Below are positions 40,961 to 53,544 of a DNA stretch of 64,000 nt, piece by piece. The notes below the pieces were generated by a model, which saw only the letters and a program-made list of their open reading frames with translations, made no database searches and had not been told where the DNA came from. The position numbers and the translations under genes were made by a program. The stretch covers positions 61,070,001 to 61,134,000 of the forward strand of contig NC_043000.1 of assembly GCF_006345805.1 (NCBI RefSeq), written 5' to 3'. This DNA comes from Octopus sinensis (Eukaryota). Each line of letters opens with the position of its first letter. Positions within the stretch are counted from its first letter, which is position 1.

Positions 40961-41474
40961 ATTATTCTTTCTAAATCTCTGAAAGAGAGACATTCAGTAA
41001 CAGGTCTTTAAAATAAAGAATATTTGCCAACATAATGTGGCTGTCCAGGAAGAGACGATCGTTACTGTTGTTTATATATACACACAAAATGTTATAAGTG
41101 TGTTACGAATTATATCTATAAATATCCATGCATACACACACATACACACATCCTCACGCATACATGCACATACAATAACGTATGTACGGGATATATATGC
41201 CTGAATATATGTATATAAGCATTCATATTCGTAACATAGATATAATTCGTAACACACTTATAACATTTTGTGTGTATATATAAACATATATATATATAAC
41301 TAAATATATAACTAAATTTCAAATATATTCACTGCAATGAAAAGAACATGAAAAATAAACACAATTCAAAGAAAAACATAGGATACACTTTTTAAATTAC
41401 AATAGGAAAAACAAATGAAATTTATAACAAAATGGAAAACGGACAGAGGTAATATTTATCTCTGTCCCATTCCA

Positions 41475-41526
41475 TACATACATACATACATACATACATA
41501 CATACATACATACATACATACATACA

Positions 41527-41557
<31 letters not shown>

Positions 41558-41651
41558 GTGTGTTTGTATATAATGTGTATATAGATGGAAGAAGATGTGC
41601 GGCGTTCAATCATATAATAATATAAATAATATATATATATAATATATATAT

Positions 41652-41725
<74 letters not shown>

Positions 41726-41802
41726 ATTATATATATATATGCATATATACATATATATATGCATATATGCATACGTATATGTACATACATCAATACGTAT
41801 AT

Positions 41803-41848
<46 letters not shown>

Positions 41849-41865
41849 TATATATATATATGCAT
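41475..41865. repeat. (CATA)n and (TA)n microsatellites
   Basis: Directly visible. Confidence 0.95.
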
Positions 41866-42189
41866 ATGTGTGTACAGGACTTCACGAAACTATTTTTCAA
41901 TCAACGAAAGACACAAATGGAAAACAAGACAAACAACACAAAAACGACTTTTCATCAGTTCTACTCTCGTATTTCGAGCATTTGACAACAAAATACGCTT
42001 TCAATAAAACAGTTGCTCCCGCAAAGCAAATTAAATAAAATTTGGGATTTTGCGGAGGGTCAAAATTGATAACATAAACAGGACAGTGAAAAAAAACAGG
42101 AAGGGCTACTAAACCTAAACGAGGATATATATATATACACATATGCACAAACAAAATATTTGCGTATGAATATATTAATCATACAAACA

Positions 42190-43145
42190 TAATCTAAATA
42201 TTACTTAACGCATCCAGGTAACACGAACAAATTGAATTCTAGCATCCAAAACATTCAATCAGAGTTATATGTCCAGGCTGGGTTAGGTCCACAAAATATA
42301 ATCCACTGTTATATGCATATTGGATTTCACAATGTTTACATTTTTGTTATATGGATATTAAAATTAATACATTCACATAATCAAATAAATTTAATTTTAA
42401 AAAACATAGTAGTAACTTAAACTCCATGTCCAAGTTTAATTTAGTCCAAAGGTTTGCGTTAATGTATGCATATTAAATATTTAAAGATATTTAAAATTAT
42501 ATTGGGGGTTAGGGAGCAGTCATTTAAATTATTGGCTATTTAACTTATGCATATTAAATATTTAAAAATATATTAGGGTTTAGGGAGCGGTCAGTTAAAT
42601 TCCTGATCTATTTTCAATTGGCTAATTCTTTTAAACGCATCCGTTAGGCCTGTTTTAAAACAATATGGGGTTAGAAAGTTAGTTAGGTAGAGCATAATAG
42701 TTTATCTAAACTGAATAAAATGTTGAATAAAAGTACATTCATTTATATGTTAAAACTTGGATAGGTATTTACAAACAACAGAGAAGTGATTTATACTTAA
42801 GAAGTGATTTATACCTAAGAAGTGAATTATACTTACCTATAGGGTTACGCGTTATGTAAAGAAAAAAGAAAAAATAATTATTATATCTATTATCTTATTT
42901 TACATATACGAATTGCATTTATACATACACATCAAAGTATACTAAAACCAAAAAGTAAATGATTGAAAACGAAAGCTTACATATAATTATGCATTACATA
43001 AACAACCATGTCCACTATATTATTTTATACTTACGACTTGCATTTATACATACATGCACATATATGCAAATTTAAACAAAAAAGTATACGATGGACAACG
43101 TAAACTTACATTTATTTACGCATTGCGTAAACAATTTAGTACTAG
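42190..43145 (+). mobile_element. Candidate non-autonomous Helitron-like element with internal minisatellites (5' end undefined)
   Basis: 3' hairpin tttacgc-att-gcgtaaa (43115-43131), 10 nt spacer, CTAG (43142-43145), then T. Internal degenerate tandem units of ~80 bp (42455-42620), ~17 bp x3 (42781-42836) and ~135 bp x2 (42885-43145). Confidence 0.4.
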
Positions 43146-43192
43146 TGGTCCGCATGTTTAATAAAAGTTATAAAACGTAAAATATTTGCTTT

Positions 43193-43557
43193 TAAGAGTG
43201 TATAAATACACGAAGAGAAGACCATCGATAGGACTTCTTACATGCTGGAAAGGGCAGTCACAACCCAAACCACAAAACAAATTCTTAAGTCAAGCTGCTT
43301 GTGGGCACTAGAAGAAATAAAAATTCAGTAAACCTTACTCTCATCAGTTTCGCTTTTAATGACCAAGTAAATCAATGGTTTATTTGGTCATTAATAACGA
43401 AACTAATGAATATAAGGTTTACTGAATTTTTATTCGTTCTAGTGCCTACAAGCAGCGGGCCTTAATAATTTGTTTCGTGGTTTGGGTTGTGACTGCCCCT
43501 TCCAGCATGTAAGAAGTCCTATCGATGTGCTTCTCTTTGTGTATTTATACACTCTTA
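43193..43557. repeat. Imperfect foldback element (arms ~180 bp, near-zero loop at ~43375)
   Basis: taagagtgtataaatacac..catcgataggacttcttacatgctggaa..gggcagtcacaacccaaaccac.. mirrored by ..gtggtttgggttgtgactgcccc..ttccagcatgtaagaagtcctatcgatg..gtgtatttatacactctta. Confidence 0.92.
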
Positions 43558-43617
43558 TAAACAAGTGTATGTATGTATGTATGTAGGTATGTATGTATGT
43601 ATGTATATGTACATATG

Positions 43618-43785
43618 TACACGATAGACGACGGGTTCTTTCAGTTTCCGACTACCAAATCCACCCCCAAGGCTTTGGCCAATTCGAGGCTATAGTAGAA
43701 GACTTTTGCCTAAGATGCAACATAGTGGGACTAAACCTGGAACCATGTGGTTGGGAAGCAAGCTTCTCACCACATACCCACGTCT
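43618..43785 (-). mobile_element. SINE family A, 5' half
   Basis: cgacgggttctttcagtttccgactaccaaatccac..aaccatgtggttgggaagcaagcttctcacc. Confidence 0.8.
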
Positions 43786-44046
43786 CTCTCTCTCTATATA
43801 TATATATATACACGTACATACCTAAATATACGAATGTTTATTTTGTATGCTTAGTTGTAATAAAAACAATTTGAAATTAATCTGAAGAGGTTACTCTACA
43901 GTTTTGTCGAGTATCTGCGTTTTCTTAAACAAGAATATTGTTGAAAGCGACATCGAATTTTCAGCTAGTTGAGCCATCGTTGCCCCGCTAAGCCGTCATC
44001 GAATGTTGGGTTAACTAGCCGAAGTTACTGTTAGCAATATGTTGTC

Positions 44047-44077
<31 letters not shown>

Positions 44078-44169
44078 TGTATGTATGTATGTATGTATGT
44101 ATGTATGTATGTACCTATGTATTTATCTATTTATCTATTTACTTTTTTTTTATTTATCTGTCTATCTAG

Positions 44170-45715
44170 CTATTTGAAAATGCGATACGACCATTCTGAA
44201 TGAATGTATAGAAAGCCACCTGAAAACTTATATAAAGATCAGAAAAAATCAAATAAAATATTGAACCGAATTAGTGAAAACTAAGAAATAGAACATATAA
44301 AAACCTGAAAAATACAGAATTTAACAACAAGAGAAGAAACTTAAATCATTCCGCAATAATCTGCAAGTTAGATAGAAAAGATTAATGGAAAATGAACAAC
44401 ACCTCACAACTCCTCATATGCAGAGATAACCAAAATTTGAACCGAAATTCGATAATTTATGCCAAAGCAAATTTAACTATCATAAAACACTTCAAGCAAT
44501 AACAATGAAAGATGAAACCAAAAACAGATCGTCCAACCGAAGAAACAGCATAAATTTATTGAAAATGAACGCAACGAAGACGGCATAAAAAATAGTACTA
44601 GATACATAAACAACCGGAAACCCTATTCTAAAAAATAAAATAGAAAGACTGGGTACAAACGACTCACAAAACAAAGCATCTTTAATGAAACAGTAGTTTC
44701 AGAGAAAATGTAATGAAAACTCATGATACTTAAGATTCAAGGAAATACTGAACCAACTGATCCAAAAGTAATAAATTTCCGGGTAGAAATGAAGTTCGAT
44801 TACCTTATCAAGTTTCAGTTAAATCAAGTAGCTTTTATGGATTACAAAAAAATTCAGACATTCAAAGAAATCCATAACTGCTTAAAGAATCTCCATACGC
44901 CACGTGAAGATGCCCAAACTGTTTGATTTAAAGTTACGCCCAATTGTTATAAGACCAATATTAGGAATGGAATGAGTAAGCAATTTAATTGACATTTAAT
45001 TGACATACGATTATGCAAATTTGCTTCTAGTTTCATCAGAGATATTCCAAAAAGAGTGAATATAGAGACACTCATGGTTAGCTTCGAGATGATTAGCCTC
45101 TATACAAATACTCGCCATAGATTAGGAACTGAAGTAATAAAATTCCACATAGACTAATACACACAATTCAAAAGAGATTGTCTAAAGAATTTATATAAGA
45201 AGGATAACGACTTGTGCTAGAAAATAACGTCTTTGCTAACTAATATTTCCTTAAAATAAAAGGGGTGGCAATGGGTACAAATGTTGCACTCACGTTTGCA
45301 ACACTTGTAACAGGATTTCTTGAAGAAAATATATATATGCCTGTTATGGGATTAATCCTGTTTAAAAGAGAACTGGAAAAATACCTGGATTACTGTTTCA
45401 TGTCTTGGTATAAAATTAAGGAAGCCGTTACAAGATTCCTTAAATTAATAAATAGCTTTCGTGAATCGATGGAGTTTGCTACGAAAATAAATGAAAAGGA
45501 ACCTCCTCTTTTGAATATTTTGGTAATTAAGGAAAATGAGACTCTTACTACTGCCCTCTATTGCCAGGACACAGATGCATCATTACTTAGCTCTTGCTAA
45601 TCATCGCATATTAAAAGGTATATCATATTTATTATGACAAGAGGTATGTGTTCAATTGTTGTGGGCACAAATCGACCAGATAGTGAACGAGTAGAACTAA
45701 AAATATCGTTTTCAG
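44170..45715 (+). mobile_element. Decayed Penelope-like element, reverse-transcriptase remnant
   Basis: ORF 45265-45600 reads AMGTNVALTFATLVTGFLEE..KYLDYCF..FLKLINSF..EKEPPLLNILVIK..TALYCQDTD, matching PLE RT motifs (G.AMG...AP.YA.L.MG.LE; RY.DD.F; L.FLD; T..Y.K.TD). Upstream VSFEMISLYTN matches the ..DV.SLYTN motif. Many stops; the 5' boundary is approximate. Confidence 0.8.
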
Positions 45716-45719
45716 AAAC

Positions 45720-46140
45720 ATAAATACTTTAAAATCTTAGAGTAAGTAAACTTAGCAAATGTGATTGCAGTCTCTATCTTACGCAGGAACTCTCGCAATG
45801 AGGGTAAAGACAAAAAGCATTTGTAGTTACCGATAAAATTAGAAACCCAAACATTTTCAAGGTTTCTACTGAAGTATTTGTTAACAGCTCCATGTGTTCC
45901 AATAACAGTTGCTAGAAATCTAAATCTATAGCCAAGATGTAACAATAGATTCCATAATCGCAAGGCATAGATATATTTTCTTCTAACTTTTACCATTATG
46001 TTGTCATCTGCTGAGCAACTATGAGCAATGATTTTATTTTCTGTCCAAGATAATTATATCTTGCTTGTTAAGCTTGCATTTTATTGATGTCTTGATGGAA
46101 TCATTCCTCGAGTAATCTTGCTTAGTTTGTACGCATGAAG
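45720..46140 (-). mobile_element. Second, older R4/Dong-like RLE-domain remnant
   Basis: Minus strand reads CKLNKQDIIILDRK.. ADDNIMVKVRRKY..LRLWNLLLHLGYRFRFLATVIGTHGAVNKYFSRNLENVWVS, aligning with HN*PDIMIWDRE..PADVNIKLK..LLRNLQLLYPDYKFRFIPVITGALGYVTHCLNINLEKLGFS of 335-702. Confidence 0.7.
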
Positions 46141-49100
46141 TGTACATATATTTATGTTTGTGTTTATGTAACCTCATATATATTTACACATAAAGCGGTT
46201 CCCCCCTTCCTACCTACTTTATACTTACATACTTACATACATATATATATACATGCATATACACATACTTCACACACATTTATACCTCCATAAACATAAT
46301 ACATATACATGTACATATATGTACATACATACATGCATACATACATGCATACATACATAATTCATACATACCTACATGCATGTATATCTAGACGTCAGGC
46401 ATACACTTACACACGCAAACATCACTATACATCGTCAATAAATCCTTGCGTATCCTGTTACATTGTACGCAATAGAGTAGAATTTGAATGACAAAACAAT
46501 TTCCCTTCAAATTACATAACCGTGCTATTTGGCTTCTTTTGAAAATTTATGACTTCCGCTTAAGTCTTGAAGCAAAGAATAACAAACTATTATTTCGAAT
46601 TTCGGACATGACCCCACATAGGCTCTAAGCTAAAGTTCTAGAAAACATACTTAAGTCCATTTTGTATTCATTTCCTTCTGCAAAAACTGAAAAAGAGAAT
46701 ACCAAACAAAACGAGTAACAAAAATAAAAAGACAACTCTTTCTTTTCCTATTGCTTTTAATTCCATCAGAAAAAAATCGATTGCTGCAAATTGAAGTTTT
46801 AAAAGATCAAGATTTAGGAAAGAAAAGAGAAAACGTTAAAATGTCAATATTTAAAATGGATTTCTGCTAGTGAAAGTTCCTCCACTGTTTTACGTTGAAG
46901 ATTAATAATCATATTTAAAGTAAAATGTATTTGGGTTAATTACCGAGACGAGGGCTCTAGAATGACATGAGAACTAGAGAGAAAGGAAAATATGGGTATT
47001 AATGCTTCCGAAATCATTAATGATCGAGACTTTCAGCAAACATGTCACTTACTGTCAGAATCGATAGCTAACCTTTCATATTTTGTTCGATATACGGAAA
47101 ATATGATTTTAAGCTTCATTAGCTCGGCAGGTAAAACACACTTAAAATGTAACCAGATCAGCATTATATGTAGTCCATTATTAATAAATTAGCCATCTTT
47201 AAGTATCATGAAAGAAAAACCTTCTTCCTTAAGTAGTTCAATTAAGAGTTTATCCTTTGACTGAAAATATGAGTAGCAACTTCTCTTTTCAGATAAATGC
47301 ATTGTTTGAACTATCTATTTCTATCAAACAAATAATGCATTGTCTGAAATACACAATTCTACCGAATAAAGTTTGTTTCATAGGCTGGAGATATCCAGAT
47401 ATAAACTTACTGTAATGAACTAGTTTGTCTTGAAAAATATGCTTGTATTTGCCTATGTATTCCCAAGAAAAATAGTGACTCGTTACTGCTACTTCTCCTG
47501 TTAATAGTAAATCTGCTATCGCTATTGTAATCATTTTTCAATATATTATTCTTTCAGTAGTTTAAAGCTTATTACTCATCCAGGTACCAAGACATAAGTA
47601 AGAGCCAGAATCAATGTATATTAGAATAAAATAATCCTGCTAAGTCAGAGGTTTGTTAAATCCAATATTGCTTAGACTTAGTATTTCTGGAAGCTTGTGA
47701 TAAAGGTTTACTTTTAATCACTTCTAGTTCATAAGAAAGAAATAGTGTTAAATTTATGTGACACAGTAGTTGACATAGCTTGAACTGAGATACGTAAAAT
47801 TAAGGCTGAAGAAACACAGTGTAAAGTAATTATATATGTTAAACTGGAAACTTATCACAGCGTAATAAAAATTAAGATAAATGAAATATATTCCGTGTAA
47901 AAAGTTATTAAATATGTCATTTATCAATACTCGAAACGCAGTGCTAAAACGTAAAGATGAGGCTTCAGCTTGATGTAAATATTAATATACCACGTAACAT
48001 CTTTAATAGAGTGATACTAATTGAAAACGACAATACCATTTATGATAGAATGTACTAAACTCGTCATGGGTTTACACAAGCCACAAATACTAAAGAGACA
48101 TTTTGTAATGCAAAACAACAAGCAAGTGAAATAGATCAATTAACCCAACTGATGAAAAGTAATGGATTAATTTCTTCAGCGGAAAATATTTTGCTCAGTT
48201 GGCAATGGTAAAGTGACCAATATATATTATTTTGAACTTTATATTGATTTATTAATATCGAAGAAAGTACACATATATACTGAAAATTCTATTGGATTAT
48301 AAGTCATGTTCCTCTAGTTTTCCGTTCGTATTGCTTCCATTCAAATTATAAATTGGAACTTAATTCAATTTAAGCACTTCGATTCTAGCCTGTTTCTGAG
48401 TATTGGTAATGTTAACAATCTCTATATATAATAGTATAATATATATATATGACGAAAAAAGTCACTGCGTAGTACGACACATAACCAAATGTTGGGCATA
48501 GTTCTTGGTTTCATGTTTGAATCCAATATCTAGTCTAGTACGATGCAGGACGTCAACCTCATGAGAGGCAGAATATGAACCAAATAATAATAATAATAAT
48601 TAGGATAATGATGATCATAATAATAATAATAATAATAATAATAGATTTTAAGCAAATTTAGTGCGAATTTTTGTCTACTAAATTGTTTGTATTATCTACA
48701 TTGAACGAAGTTTTTCAACTCTCGATATTTGTGAGATCGTATTGTATTTGCAAAATACTCCCGGGTGGTATTTACCCTCCATCACATAGCTAGCAAAATA
48801 TAAGGAACCAATTAATTTGATTCTTTTACACCAATTACTCTACCGATTCGTAGATATTTCTGTGGAAACAAGATTGTTTATTTTTCAGTGTATTCTATAT
48901 AGAACAAAGAGAAATGACGGTGGGAGATAAGTTTCTGTTTTATTTTATTTATGTCAGAAAGAAAATTTATTAAGGCTATTAAGAACAGAATTTTTCACTG
49001 GAAAGAAAATAATATTTTTTTTAGTGTGATTTAGATAATATCTACAAAAATGACAAAAATGTTCTACACCTTCACTCACATGGTCACAAATATTTTGAGC

Positions 49101-49264
49101 AGAGCTAAAGGTTATATAATTGAAAAAGTGAAAAGAAAAAGAACTACTGCTAAGCATAATGTCCAAGTTAATTTTAACCAAAACATACAAATATACTGGG
49201 AAATAATTTTACAGTGCTGTATGGAAAATTAGATACGTCGTCGCAAAACATAAATTACATTTTC

Positions 49265-49450
49265 TTTTTTCTTTTACTTGCATCAGTTACTTGACTACGG
49301 CCATGCTGGGGTCCCGCCTTGATATGTTTAGTCTAATAAAATGACTTCAATACTTATATTTGTAATTCTGATACTTATTCTATCGGGTTCTCTGCCGAAC
49401 CGTTAGGATACGGGGACATCTAAAAATCAACACTGATTGTCAAGCGGTGG
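49265..49450 (-). mobile_element. SINE family A, 3' half
   Basis: cttttacttgcatcagttacttgactacggccatgctggggtcccgcc..gccgaaccgttaggatacggggac..gattgtcaagcg. Confidence 0.75.
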
Positions 49451-49999
49451 AAGGAAGGAATACGAAACACACGCATATATACAACTCATGTAAAACTTTA
49501 ACGCCCAGGTTTTTGTGGAACACGCAAAGCTGTTTACCAAAACTGTGGGCGAGCGTTCTTTTGCTGACAACATTCTAACAAAACGGTCTGCGACGTAGTA
49601 AGTGTGCCATCAATCTACACGCACATTGTTACAGAGTTATTCGCCTGGAAACACGGAGCATTTAGATTCTTCTCACAGCGTATGGTGCTGGAAACCCCCC
49701 ATGTGTCCTTTGTGTTATTCAGCGACGACGACGATGGCCAACATATAACATTCTGTTCAGAGAAACGGCAAATCACAATGCATATGAATTCACAGTCCCT
49801 ACGATTTACCTTTTCGGCAAGTTTTCTCTATAATTTCTATAGTTATTGCGATATGAAACAACTGATAATACTTGAAACCAACTCAAACTTAACACAGCAG
49901 GAATTTAACTATAACCAAAATTAAAGATAAATTATTTTTGAAAATTTGTTCACAAGTTTAACTGTGAATAGAAATAAACTGTTGTGATTTAGGGGATTA

Positions 50000-50056
50000 T
50001 TTAATTGCTTTGTGACTTTTCAGATTTTAAATCTGAAAAGTCACAAAGCAATTAAA
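50000..50056. repeat. Perfect palindrome, 28 bp arms, 1 nt spacer
   Basis: tttaattgctttgtgacttttcagattt-t-aaatctgaaaagtcacaaagcaattaaa. Confidence 0.97.
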
Positions 50057-52111
50057 AGCTAGATATAAGTACCAAATCACTTTACAAAAGCAACTGTTAT
50101 AAGTATGGAGTGAGCTTCTACGTACATCATCAAAGCTTGTCTTTCAAACATGAAAGACTTCCTTATCCTACATACACTTCCATTTTTCTTGGAAGACATT
50201 AGGGTGTAATTTGAAAAAGATTTGGATGTTAATTCTAACAAGTCCAGCAACTATGTAAAAGTCCAAATATATTCAGGTCAATTCAATTAAATATATCATC
50301 TACTTATAAGATTTTGGTATTATGCAAAACAATGAGAAAAGTTGATATCACTCTTCTGAAGTGAACGTTTTCCAACTTATTTTTAGAGTCAGACGAAAAT
50401 AGCATAAAAATAAATTTTCCAGTATTTATACTGTCTGATTGTGAAGTTATTACTGCCATTTTCTGCTTTAGTTATTGTTTAGCCCTAGGTAAAGCGAGCA
50501 AGGGGATTATCCAAGGCACTCCGACCGTGATCACTCCATTTTTCTCAGGTGTAGAGTATCTAACACTTTATTTTGAGGTAGGATCATTAAATTGTGGGAC
50601 AACATCTCTTGTGGTATTTGTACTGTCTCTCTAGGTTCAAATCCCGTATATTTGCTTCACATCCTTTAGGGACCGATGAAATAAAATATCAGCTCAGGAT
50701 TGGCGATATTGTTTGAATGTCGGACTAAGTATACTTTACAAAGCATTTGCTGTAACACCACCACCAATTTCTTGGATGTTTTTTAGCGGGATCCTTGTTG
50801 TTGCAAAGATCAGATTAGGTATTTATTTTGAGAAAAAACTTTCTCTCTTCGTGACACGAGTCTTGGAAGCTTCGATGGAAAATATATCACGGCACTGTTC
50901 GTCCCTACCGATAAAAACAATGTGACATTTTCTTTTAAATGAATTAAGTTGGGAAATGAGGGAGACGAGTATTATACTATTTCAGCAGGTCATGTGATCC
51001 CACAAAAGTTCTCTCAGTGGTCGTTTAAGCTAAAAGAAGCAGAAAAAAGGATAAATATATTTCCTATCTATTTGTTGAGTAATTTAGGGAGGTATAGCTT
51101 TTTCCTTCGGTCTATTGTTCCATACATTGGTTATATTTATCAAGAAGACATTATTTGTTGCTATCGACATCTGCTGTTGTTATCTTTAAAACTAAAACTT
51201 ATATCAGAAATCGATTGCGTCCTTAAAGAATCGTGTCATAGATGTTTGTTTATTAAAATACTTAAAAGCTTCAGCTTTTCCAGTTTCTGCTTTAAGGTTT
51301 AAAAAAAATGACTGTTAACTGTTTTGGCAAAGTCTTGTGCCTTTCAGTTGTATACCTGATCTGGTGATATCGATCCTCGTCTAAAATATCCAGGAGGCTA
51401 TAGAGTCGGATGCTCAATCAAATCAAATACTATTAAAGTAACAGAAATATTCTCCATTAAGTATAGAAAGACGATAACATTTTTACAGAGTTATGTCGAT
51501 AATCATTTTGAGAAGAGTATCTGCGGAGACGTCGCTAATACATACTACTATCTATTAATAGAATAATGATAATTTCATCTGAGGAAGGAACGACGTAAGA
51601 GGAAGTCGGGCAAGGGAAGGAAGAAGTGATGCAGTAATAGTGTGTGAGGATTGAGTGTAGTGTGTGAGAGACGATATATAATGATAAAACTTAAAGCGGG
51701 CTAATGAAAAGAAATAGACGGGAATTCATTGGTGGGGAGAGGACGAAAGTTATATATATATATATATCCACACACACTTTCACGTATGCTCGCACGAACG
51801 CACACAGACACACACACACATGTGTACACACAGACATAAATGTTCTTTTGTTAATGGAAACAAAACCAAGCATAGACGTTTCGAGATTGTATTCTATACA
51901 TAAAGCGACTGCAGGATTTTTACTTATATTTCTTCAATCGATCACATCACAGATGTTTTGACTGACGGAGCTTGTCAAGAGTGTCACGCCTGGCAAGATC
52001 CTTAAACCGAAACACGTGTAGTATGGTCGATTATGTGTATGTATGTATGTATGTATGTATGTATGTATGTATGTATGTATCTTTGTATGTATGTATGTAT
52101 CTATCTGTCTG

Positions 52112-52195
<84 letters not shown>

Positions 52196-52227
52196 ACTAT
52201 CTATCTATCTAAACGTATGTATATATA

Positions 52228-52470
52228 GTGGAGGCGAGTGGCTTAGTGGTTAGAGTGTTGGACTCATGATCTTAAGTTTGTGGTTTCGATTCTAGGACCC
52301 AGCGATGCATTGTGTTCTGCAGCAAAGCTCTTCATTTCACGTTGACCCAATGGCAAAAAAAGTAATTCTGCGATGTCCCGGCGTCCCGTCCAGGTGGGGA
52401 ATATAGGGAATATATACGCCATAGAAACCGGGGAAACCGGGCCTATGAGCCAATATGACTTGGGAAAGAA
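52228..52470 (+). mobile_element. tRNA-headed SINE (CORE-like body, family C-type tail)
   Basis: gtggaggcgagtggcttagtggttagagtgttggactcatgatc..gtttcgattc head; tail gtccaggtgggga..gaaaccggggaaaccgggcctatgagcc. Confidence 0.8.
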
Positions 52471-52500
52471 CTCCACAATTTTTTTACTATATATATATAT

Positions 52501-52773
52501 ATTATATAAAATTAGAGACAGAACCACTATTATGCAAATCAAATAAAGAAAGACTTAAGCCAATACATAAATTAATTTATATAGTTTAAAACTCGCCAAG
52601 AAGGTTTTGAAACCACCTGAAGAATGTCTCAAAGATGTGCTGAAATAAGACACGAAACGATCGTAGTGGTTATTTATAATTGTTAAATTTCTAAATTTAT
52701 ATAAATTAATTTATGTATTGTATTTCTTTGTTTGATTTGCATAATAGTGGTTTTGTCTCTAATTTTATATAAT
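52501..52773. repeat. Foldback with ~76-83 bp arms enclosing a hammerhead-containing loop
   Basis: Left arm 52501-52583 (attatataaaattagagacagaaccactattatgcaaatcaaataaagaaag..caatacataaattaatttatata) is the reverse complement of 52698-52773, except for a 7 nt insertion and a few substitutions. Confidence 0.93.
52611..52671 (+). ncRNA. Type I minimal hammerhead ribozyme (Penelope/retrozyme type)
   Basis: Stem I aaccac (52611-16) pairs with gtggtt (52666-71). Core CTGAAGA (52617-23). Stem II tgtct/agaca, with an A.C mismatch at the core-proximal pair. GAAA (52654-57). Palindromic mini stem III ACGATCGT. GUA triplet, predicted cleavage after 52665. Confidence 0.75.
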
Positions 52774-52988
52774 ATAATTAATATTTTACTATAAAATTGG
52801 ATTCAATCCTAAATCTGATTTTCTCCTGTAAATTTGGGTTTATTCCCTAATATTTATTATTATATATAATATATATATATATATTATATATATATTATAT
52901 ATATATATATTATATATACTTACGCGCGCGCCCTCATATATATATATATATATATACTTACGCGCGCGTCCTCACACACACGCACACA

Positions 52989-53083
<95 letters not shown>

Positions 53084-53289
53084 ATATATTTTCTGTAACT
53101 TCATAGGTAGGTTGATTTACTTCAAGCAATTTAGAATTGTTTAATTTGAGATTTATAAAATGCTCAAAATAAACGCTTACAGAACCGAAAATAAACCTTG
53201 ATTCCTATACTATTTTTATATCGGAGATAAAAATGCATTTTTGAAAATTGAAGTAATTTATATAATTACTATAGAAATAGTAATTATAT

Positions 53290-53488
53290 AATTATAGATG
53301 AGGCATAGCTTTATGGTTAAGAATCTCGTTTTGCTATCACGTTGTTTCGGGTTCAGTCTGACTGCGTGACACCTGCTGCACGTTTCTTCTATTATATCCC
53401 CAGTTTCAGTAAAGCCTCTTGAGGGAATATGGTTGATGGAGCCTGTACAATATAATTTTAGACACACACACACACATACACACACACA

Positions 53489-53544
<56 letters not shown>

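Noticed and set aside
41945-41985. Minus-strand GAAA..GTA-GAA-CTGATGA, with hammerhead halves in permuted order
   Set aside because: No stem I can form between GUA and CUGAUGA, and stem II partners are absent.
42500-42590. ggggttaggg / tagggtttaggg telomere-like words
   Set aside because: Single occurrences within minisatellite units, not an array.
50949-51302. 117 aa ORF
   Set aside because: No ATG start, no motif, and composition matches random AT-rich DNA.
52228-52300. tRNA-like sequences (also the heads at ~6390, 21620-21690, 35890-35958 and 60320-60393)
   Set aside because: They are SINE heads continuous with SINE bodies and lack a complete acceptor stem. Not tRNA genes.
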